Positions 8,671 through 15,480 of a stretch of DNA of 45,850 nucleotides are shown here, piece by piece. The DNA is taken from positions 1 through 45,850 of the IMG/VR virus record IMGVR_UViG_3300005805_000142. One strand, written 5' to 3'. The notes beneath the pieces were generated by a model that was given only the letters and a program-made list of their open reading frames with translations, made no database searches and was not told the origin of the DNA. This DNA is from a virus. Its lineage: Duplodnaviria > Caudoviricetes. A program made the position numbers and the translations under genes. The number at the start of each line of letters is the position of its first letter. Position 1 is the stretch's first letter.

Positions 8671-9284
8671 CGATATTCAATCACATAATTTTTAAATAAT
8701 CTTCTGGTATATACACTGAACTTAGGATAATTAAAATCTGTGATCAACTTGTATTTCCCTATAAGATCATTGATTGTAACAGTAACTACCTCAAAGAGCA
8801 AGTTCGGATCATTGTATTCAGTAATAAAAAATTGCATTTCGGTGTCGCCATCCCACACAATATTCCGTTTCTTTATTCCGGCTCTAGTTTTACGTGTTCC
8901 ACCAAATTCAGTAGACATTTCAATTTTTAGGACCGAGAGTTTTGAGTCATACTTAATATAGATGTCTGGTTTTTTTATTTCAGAATCTTTCTTGGAAATA
9001 ATTCTATGTAAAACATCATCTATTTTATATACACTTTTTATTTCTGCAACTTCCAAGGTATTAGAATTCATATCAACTACACAATTGTCAATTCTAATTT
9101 CTGCATTAATTATAGATTCCGCCAGTTCTTTGTCTACAGGAATCTTATGTTTTTGATCCTTGAAAGCATGACTAGGACCTACACTGATCACTTCGCCGGT
9201 ATCAGGATTAAACACCGCTACAAACTTTACAGGTGATAATTTAAAATTTGTAAACCAGCTATCGAAATCTTCTATTTCTTCCAT
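8667..9284 (-). CDS. hypothetical protein within glycosyltransferase operon
   Basis: 205-aa ORF overlapping both neighbours, GAGG RBS upstream, no recognisable catalytic motif. Confidence 0.8.
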   Translation of the reverse strand: MEEIEDFDSWFTNFKLSPVKFVAVFNPDTGEVISVGPSHAFKDQKHKIPVDKELAESIINAEIRIDNCVVDMNSNTLEVAEIKSVYKIDDVLHRIISKKDSEIKKPDIYIKYDSKLSVLKIEMSTEFGGTRKTRAGIKKRNIVWDGDTEMQFFITEYNDPNLLFEVVTVTINDLIGKYKLITDFNYPKFSVYTRRLFKNYVIEYR

Positions 9285-10111
9285 GTAATTTCCTCAAGAA
9301 TATTAATCATCTCATCGTTGATTTTGTCTTTTTCAACATAATGAACAACGTCATACTGCTGATAGTTTCCTATTTTCAATTGCCCTTTTTTGTTGAGATA
9401 AAATCCCACATGATCACTCCAGCAATCAGCAGGCCATGGCCAATTCTGTATCATAGGTTTCATATGTACCACTCGAGGAAACTCTAGGGGATACGCAATA
9501 TCATCAGCAATATCTAATATCTTGGCTGCTAATGCAAAAGCTTCATCTGTACCTAGAACACGAGGTTTGTATTCTGGCAAAAAGGCATTTGAGAATTCTA
9601 TAGGATTTTTTATAATATCTCTTCCGAGATTGAAAAATTCTTTGGCTACTTTGCTGTCTTTTTTGAAAAAGGTGTATAAACTATAAAGATTAGGCAAATC
9701 ATTCTTGATAAATGCTTTACGATAATGCCTATCTACCACAAGCTCACCTCTATAGGTGTAACTTTTATTAGCCACATATAATTCGCTGTGCTCGATGAAG
9801 TATTCAACCCAATGACTGTAATCACGCATGAACAATATATCTACATCTAGGCATACGGTATATTCGAATGGCGTAAGTTGATCCATCCATGATCTGCCAT
9901 CCCAGAATGTCTCTTGACTCCATTCTATTACATGATCGAATACCCAACTGCTGTTTAGTTTCGAAAGTTTTTGTTTATTATCTATTACCAAGGCCACTTG
10001 ATCAAATCCAGGTTTCTGGGTATTTTTTATGCTCAATGCCAATGCATAAGCCAACTTTAGATAATCTATAGTTTCATGTTCTGCAACTACAAGTAGATAT
10101 CCAAACTTCAT
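9272..10111 (-). CDS. GT8-like (GT-A) glycosyltransferase
   Basis: GYLLV...YLKLAYALALSIK, TPFEYTVCLDVD (DxD), GTDEAFALA, VHMKP, VHYVEK. Confidence 0.72.
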   Translation of the reverse strand: MKFGYLLVVAEHETIDYLKLAYALALSIKNTQKPGFDQVALVIDNKQKLSKLNSSWVFDHVIEWSQETFWDGRSWMDQLTPFEYTVCLDVDILFMRDYSHWVEYFIEHSELYVANKSYTYRGELVVDRHYRKAFIKNDLPNLYSLYTFFKKDSKVAKEFFNLGRDIIKNPIEFSNAFLPEYKPRVLGTDEAFALAAKILDIADDIAYPLEFPRVVHMKPMIQNWPWPADCWSDHVGFYLNKKGQLKIGNYQQYDVVHYVEKDKINDEMINILEEITWKK

Positions 10112-10968
10112 ATCAGTTCCAACAATTTATCACTATGCCTTACTATACTCTGCTTATTCATTACATGTATATCAATATCCTGTATAGCAGCTGCACAATA
10201 ATTCGCATCTAATTTTGGAGACACCAGCAAAGTTAGCCTGTTGGCATCTACTGAATGCAGTATATCCCTGTCTAGTAATGTTAAGACTGGCGGTAAGCAT
10301 CCCATTGGCGACTGTTCAAATCCTTGTAATACATGCTTGACTACACTGAATGCAATATCATTTCTATATTGTTTTGAATCAAATCTATATGCGTCTGCGT
10401 AATATTGATAATTGTCTTTGACGTGACGCAACAGATCAAAAAACATTTTTGAAAATTGGTTTTTTGTAAACATCACCGTAGTGGCCCAATATAGTTTAAC
10501 GCCCACGTCAGAAACATATCGATCATGGTACCCCATCCGTTGGTTATCGTAGATGTCGTTAATCGATTCTCCAATCATAACATCACTGTCTACATCCCAA
10601 TATTCTGCCAATCTATTCGAAAATATAAGGAAATCTGCATCAATCAAAAGTGTTCGTTGATATGGAGTGATGTCGTAGGCTGAATTCCTATTTCCGTTGA
10701 TAAATTGCACCACACTGCGTTCTGTACCATCATGCAATCCTCTAGAATTATTTGTTTCAGGCCTAGCGACTACAAAAATATGTTCAAAAATAGTTTGAGC
10801 GCGATCGTGAATTTTAGATTCTATCATCCAATCCATAGTGGCTTGATCAGTGACCAGCGACGCCGGTTGTCCGAGATATTTTTTAGCTAGCCCTCCAGAG
10901 ATGATCGCCATTAATGCGTAATCGACGGTGCGATTATTATGAGCGTAGATTAATATACCTTTGGTCAT
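10108..10968 (-). CDS. GT8-like (GT-A) glycosyltransferase
   Basis: GILIYAHN, TPYQRTLLIDAD (DxD), YWATTVMF, RNDIAFS, IHVMNK. Paralog of 9272-10111. Confidence 0.72.
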   Translation of the reverse strand: MTKGILIYAHNNRTVDYALMAIISGGLAKKYLGQPASLVTDQATMDWMIESKIHDRAQTIFEHIFVVARPETNNSRGLHDGTERSVVQFINGNRNSAYDITPYQRTLLIDADFLIFSNRLAEYWDVDSDVMIGESINDIYDNQRMGYHDRYVSDVGVKLYWATTVMFTKNQFSKMFFDLLRHVKDNYQYYADAYRFDSKQYRNDIAFSVVKHVLQGFEQSPMGCLPPVLTLLDRDILHSVDANRLTLLVSPKLDANYCAAAIQDIDIHVMNKQSIVRHSDKLLELI

Positions 10969-11315
10969 TGTTCTAATAACTTTTCTACTGATCTACTTTT
11001 TTTAAGATTTTGATCTTGTTCAAAATATTCATTTGTAGCTTCAAAATATCTATTAAAACATTCATCTTTAAATGCTTCTAAATCCTCAATCAATATGGGA
11101 TTTTCGTTTGTATCTAACAACACCACTCCATTGACTCTTCCTTTGGTCAACAGCATTTCTACAAAGGATAAAAGTGTTCTATCAATATGGAACAGCCCAC
11201 CATTATAACCCAATGTCAATTTAGCCGCAATTTTTTCTTTGAGAATCTTACGTTGGATAGAAAAAGTCTGCCTGTAATTGGCAAATTCTAGAGCTTGTTT
11301 CAGTTGATCTTGCAT
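10965..11315 (-). CDS. hypothetical protein, weakly DUF4376/fibre-assembly-like
   Basis: GAGGA RBS. NGGLFHID...VLLDTNENPILIEDL followed by a long helix. ATGA overlap with the next gene. Confidence 0.75.
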   Translation of the reverse strand: MQDQLKQALEFANYRQTFSIQRKILKEKIAAKLTLGYNGGLFHIDRTLLSFVEMLLTKGRVNGVVLLDTNENPILIEDLEAFKDECFNRYFEATNEYFEQDQNLKKSRSVEKLLEQ

Positions 11316-11317
11316 GT

Positions 11318-11375
11318 ATTTTTCCTCGATTATCTGCGCACTTTATTTAGTGGCTGATGAAATCACAGGAAAAAT
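11318..11375 (-). promoter_or_regulatory. RBS-sequestering hairpin with TAAATA late-promoter-like box at its apex
   Basis: Minus strand reads ATTTTTCCT-G-TGATT-TC-ATC-A-GC-CACT-AAATAA-AGTG-C-GC-A-GAT-AATCG-AGGAAAAAT-AC-ATG. The terminal 9-bp IR is perfect (11318-11326 / 11367-11375). TAAATA is at 11344-11349. Confidence 0.7.
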
Positions 11376-12343
11376 TATGGTGCTACGGCTGAGATAGTTA
11401 CTATAGGAAGTGTTACTGAAAAATTACCTAGACTCAATGGTACTAGAATTCCGGTGGCATAAACTAGACTAACTGATACAGTAAATGTTCCGTCAACAGA
11501 ATCCACGGTGTCTGGTACCGGATTAGAAGGATGCTGTCCGGGATCAACATAATTATCAACAAATTCTATGTGCCATTCCCCTTGTCTAGCTGTACCTGTG
11601 GAATTAGTGCCAAGGCTAGCATCCAAAGTTCTGGCATATATCTTATATGTGTTAGATCCATATGGGCTAGACCCGCTGAGGCTATACCATAATTGGCGAC
11701 TGTTAGAACATCTATACCAATTTTGACCATCGTTAGGACTTACACCAGTGCCTGGATTATTACCACCAAATGTCTGTGTGCCTGCACTGGTCAGGATCGA
11801 TGTCCATGTATTATTTTGACTGTTGCTGGTACCACCAGTTCGTGATGCTGTGAATCTAATCTGCCCGCCACTGTTCCAAAAATATCTAGCCTGGGCAGCA
11901 TCGGGCCAAGTGGCAGTGACAGTACACTGTATAAGGCTGGTCCAATCTGTACCATATATTCCTGGCCAGGTAGTGCTAGAAGGTGCCGACGGAACATCTA
12001 CAGCTGACTGACTCGCGGCTACTGTGAATCTATTTGAATTTATAGTGTTGGCAATGGCTGTGTATGAATCTATAGGAGCGGTAGAGGAATTGAATATCAC
12101 GGTTCCGCCTTCTACTACTGTCACCGGCGTAGGTGCTGTGCCAAAAATGTGCGTCCACGCATTGATGATGTCATTGCGTAATTGAGTAATGTGCGTGACA
12201 GTTAGTCTAGTGCCCTCTGCAACCTCAGAACTGTTTAGTGCTTGTCCGTATCCAAACGGACCTGCACCTGTTCCTACAACATTGGCTACAGTGTTTCTGA
12301 TAGAATTGTAGTCTGGTACACGGATTTTGTCATTTACGGCCAT
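11375..12343 (-). CDS. Ser/Thr/Gly-rich putative virion structural protein (paralog A)
   Basis: YGQ motif, LRNDIINAWTH, ARYFWNSGGQIRF, DSVDGT. Lies in the tail module, with TAAATA upstream. Confidence 0.7.
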   Translation of the reverse strand: MAVNDKIRVPDYNSIRNTVANVVGTGAGPFGYGQALNSSEVAEGTRLTVTHITQLRNDIINAWTHIFGTAPTPVTVVEGGTVIFNSSTAPIDSYTAIANTINSNRFTVAASQSAVDVPSAPSSTTWPGIYGTDWTSLIQCTVTATWPDAAQARYFWNSGGQIRFTASRTGGTSNSQNNTWTSILTSAGTQTFGGNNPGTGVSPNDGQNWYRCSNSRQLWYSLSGSSPYGSNTYKIYARTLDASLGTNSTGTARQGEWHIEFVDNYVDPGQHPSNPVPDTVDSVDGTFTVSVSLVYATGILVPLSLGNFSVTLPIVTISAVAP

Positions 12344-12368
12344 AATTGTCTTTTTGTATCAAGTATGC

Positions 12369-12374
12369 TATTTA
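12369..12374 (-). promoter_or_regulatory. TAAATA late-promoter-like box
   Basis: Intergenic, ~25 nt upstream of ATG 12343. Confidence 0.55.
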
Positions 12375-12379
12375 CAGAA

Positions 12380-13288
12380 TCAACTGCCGCTGACGGCTGA
12401 AAGTGAATATGTAGGACTGGTAATAGTGAAAGAACCTGAAGGTTGTAAACTTCCTGCGGCTTTTAATTCACTAACTGCAATGGTTAATGTACCATTCACT
12501 GAATCCCCGGGCGGTTCTACGTTACCGGTTGCAACATCTGGATCTACGTAGCTATCTGCCAAGGTCACCCGCAGGAACAATTGAGTAGCAGTCCCAGTGT
12601 TGTTGTTAGCTACATCAGTTCTGGCTTCTAGAATATATGAATTATTAGAATATGGGCTGCTGGCAAAATTAGCGTAATAAGTTTGAAAAGTATTTGTCAA
12701 CGTGTAATATGTTATAAGTGGGTCGGTGTCTGCACCGAAAGATCTTGTACCAATAGAATTTAATATATTCACCCAAGCTGTATACTGAGGAGTTACCGTA
12801 CCTCCTGTAAGTGAAGTAGTAAATCTAATTTTACCGCCACTGTTAAAAAAATACCTAGCTTCATTACTGTCTGCGAATGTTAGGGTTAAAGTAGCCGAAA
12901 GACTGGTAGACCAAGGTGATGTGTAAGTTGCAGATCCCTTGGCAGTTATGACTGCCTGGCTTGTATCTAATCTAAATCTATTAGCAATCGCTGTTTCTAA
13001 CAGCGAATCAAAATTGCTGTTAGGTGAGCCTGCTCCGTATCCTATAGGATCACCTACAGAAATTGAAGCTATATTAGGTAAAGTTCCGTCTTGGTGAAGT
13101 CGGATATTAATAATATCATATCTTAAAAGATCCCATTGGGCTTTCGTGATAGCATTGCCGGTGAATACATCTGCACTCTGTACAGTTTGACCGTATCCTC
13201 TGGTCTCTGATCCTGTGCCTAACAACGACTGTGCTTTGTCCTGTATAGTTACATATTGTGCAGCTAAGATCTGTGTTCCGGATGTCAT
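12380..13288 (-). CDS. Ser/Thr/Gly-rich putative virion structural protein (paralog B)
   Basis: YGQ, LRYDIINIRLH, ARYFFNSGGKIRF, DSVNGT. Collinear with 11375-12343. Confidence 0.7.
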   Translation of the reverse strand: MTSGTQILAAQYVTIQDKAQSLLGTGSETRGYGQTVQSADVFTGNAITKAQWDLLRYDIINIRLHQDGTLPNIASISVGDPIGYGAGSPNSNFDSLLETAIANRFRLDTSQAVITAKGSATYTSPWSTSLSATLTLTFADSNEARYFFNSGGKIRFTTSLTGGTVTPQYTAWVNILNSIGTRSFGADTDPLITYYTLTNTFQTYYANFASSPYSNNSYILEARTDVANNNTGTATQLFLRVTLADSYVDPDVATGNVEPPGDSVNGTLTIAVSELKAAGSLQPSGSFTITSPTYSLSAVSGS

Positions 13289-13289
13289 G

Positions 13290-15089
13290 TTACAGCACCA
13301 CTGCTTCTATCAATTTTACTGCATTGTCGTTGCTTGATTCCATAGCAACAGCAAATATATCTAATCTATCTTGGGCAACTTGGGCACAGCCTCGATCGCC
13401 AGCTACTAATCTATCTCCTTTGCGTACTGGTCCATTAACCTTGATTGGTACTCGACCTTTTAGTGCCACGTAAACTCCGCCTTCTAGCTCGCTGTTCATC
13501 ATGTATGCTGGATTTTCGCTGATCACTCCTATGGCTAGTTCACCGTAGCTAGATGCAGTAACTTCAGCTGCACCTCCTATGACCATTACAGTGCCAACTT
13601 CATATTCTGTGTCAGCTAGATATTTCTCAGCAAGATCTGCATACCGTGCTGATGTAGCTGTTCCTTGGAACAGCACCGCTGAGATATTACCGCTAGCATC
13701 TCTTGCTGCAATGCTGTATGCGGTAGCAGTTAGTCTAGCTGTCCTATACTTGGTACTAGTCACCGCATCATTCCATGCAGGATCTACTACAGCATCAGTT
13801 TTATCAATGAATGTCTTGTCAGTCTTATCTGCGATACCTACAAATTGATTAGCCAGTATATTTCCTGAAGTATTTCTTACAGGTATAGTAGCTATTGCAG
13901 TAACTGGTACCGTAGCACTAGGATCCAAATCGTTCAATCTACTGGCATTAGTAGCTGCACTAGCTGTGCCGGTGACCGACCCCGTAAGTGTTCCTACGAT
14001 ATTAGCTCCTGCAAATCCAATCTGCTTAGTTGCAGCATTTATCATTACTGTGTTGTCTGAGGCCAGCACATTGCCTGTGTGTGCACCTAGTGAGTTTCCA
14101 GTAACATTTCCTACTAGATTACCGGTATGAACAGCAGCATATACATTACTCCAACGACTTCCGCTAGCCCCTAGTGCATAGGAATTGTCATTTCCGGGCA
14201 CAACTCCTGTGCTGTTTATTACCGCGACGTCTCTCTCATCAGTGGTTTCAACTACAGTGATCCTAAATGTTATGGGGTTTCCCAGTCGATTTTCAACTAT
14301 TACTTCGTCTCCACCTTCAACACGCAGTCTAAGATCATTGCCATCACCAACAGTAAACCCCGGATCAAAGAATTTTACCTCACCGGTAAATGAATTCTCA
14401 CCTAATTTCAGATATTGATCTGCGGCAAATCCACCAAGACGAGCTGCATTGTTAGCTGTACCCCACATTACATAGTCATCAGTGCTGATTCCAGTCTGTG
14501 ACTTAGCAAGGGTAAATCCTTTCTTTATGACTGTGAAATCATCTATGGCATTCTGAGCATTATCTAAAGTGAAAGCTGTCTTGCTGAAAATTCCTATGAC
14601 CTTGTCATCTGCTATTATTTTTAGTATTGTGTGTGGTCCTACTGCTGTGCTAACCGTGCCTTTTACCACTGCTGCAGATACAATAGACGATCCTAGATCT
14701 GGACTGGTTTCTGGTCCTATCAGTGCGAAATCTGTGCCGGTCCATGCATACAGTTGTTTGGCTGCGGAATCCCACCAAAAATCACCTGTGCTTAATCCGC
14801 TGGGGGCAGTTGTGCTGACTTCTGCTCCCCCGGCCAATTTGAATCTTGAGCCGTCATAGAATTTTAATTTTTTATTAGCACTATCGAACCAGATTTGCCC
14901 TGTGATTACCTTAGGAGGTGCAGTGGTATTGGAAAAGTTTTCTAAAAGATGTAGAAAGTTTTCATTCTGTACTTCACCGTACCCCGCATAATTTTTACCT
15001 ACGAATCTAAGATCCGAGGTGGTATCGATAGTACCGTCTTCTACAGATACAAAAAAAGCACCGTTAAATTTATCTACTTGATATGCCAT
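13290..15089 (-). CDS. tail fibre/spike protein with C-terminal peptidase G2-like intramolecular chaperone
   Basis: Shared N-terminal anchor (GKNYAGYGE..NENF..LLENF), GNVTG shaft repeats, C-terminal ARYADLAEKY...GVISENPAYMMN...VALKGRVPIKV. Confidence 0.78.
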   Translation of the reverse strand: MAYQVDKFNGAFFVSVEDGTIDTTSDLRFVGKNYAGYGEVQNENFLHLLENFSNTTAPPKVITGQIWFDSANKKLKFYDGSRFKLAGGAEVSTTAPSGLSTGDFWWDSAAKQLYAWTGTDFALIGPETSPDLGSSIVSAAVVKGTVSTAVGPHTILKIIADDKVIGIFSKTAFTLDNAQNAIDDFTVIKKGFTLAKSQTGISTDDYVMWGTANNAARLGGFAADQYLKLGENSFTGEVKFFDPGFTVGDGNDLRLRVEGGDEVIVENRLGNPITFRITVVETTDERDVAVINSTGVVPGNDNSYALGASGSRWSNVYAAVHTGNLVGNVTGNSLGAHTGNVLASDNTVMINAATKQIGFAGANIVGTLTGSVTGTASAATNASRLNDLDPSATVPVTAIATIPVRNTSGNILANQFVGIADKTDKTFIDKTDAVVDPAWNDAVTSTKYRTARLTATAYSIAARDASGNISAVLFQGTATSARYADLAEKYLADTEYEVGTVMVIGGAAEVTASSYGELAIGVISENPAYMMNSELEGGVYVALKGRVPIKVNGPVRKGDRLVAGDRGCAQVAQDRLDIFAVAMESSNDNAVKLIEAVVL

Positions 15090-15115
15090 TGATATACTCC
15101 GCTAGTCATTATTAT

Positions 15116-15121
15116 TACTTA
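15116..15121 (-). promoter_or_regulatory. TAAGTA variant late-promoter-like box
   Basis: Intergenic, at the same relative position as the other TAAATA boxes, upstream of the GGAG RBS and ATG 15089. Confidence 0.4.
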
Positions 15122-15478
15122 TCAAACTATGCGAGCGGCTGCGGCTTGGCGCTGCTGCTCTAATTCCAGATATTCTGCGTCAGTAAGACTGGTAGCAACG
15201 TTCAGGGCTTTTTGCCTTATATGGCGCATGATTTTCCAATCTGTGGAGTTCAAAAACTCACGCTCTATACCGTTTAATCTGTCCTGCTCTCGTTGGTTGA
15301 TCACCACTTGATCCACGGCCACTACAGTTCTAGAAGCTACATCGAATCGATGTGTCTGCGCCATGATTTGTGCGTGTTGCTCATCTGAGATAGTAACCAC
15401 GGACACTGTGCTAGGAACCGCAGGTTCGTAACTCTGTATCGCTGTGATCTGATTGTTTTCTATACATACATAGTGCAT
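15122..15478 (-). CDS. tail fibre assembly chaperone-like protein
   Basis: Directly follows a fibre gene. FLNSTDWKIMRH...RQAAAARI resembles the L..TDW...RQ.LR motif of fibre assembly proteins. Likely start is ATG 15478. Confidence 0.65.
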   Translation of the reverse strand: MHYVCIENNQITAIQSYEPAVPSTVSVVTISDEQHAQIMAQTHRFDVASRTVVAVDQVVINQREQDRLNGIEREFLNSTDWKIMRHIRQKALNVATSLTDAEYLELEQQRQAAAARIV

Positions 15479-15480
15479 GA

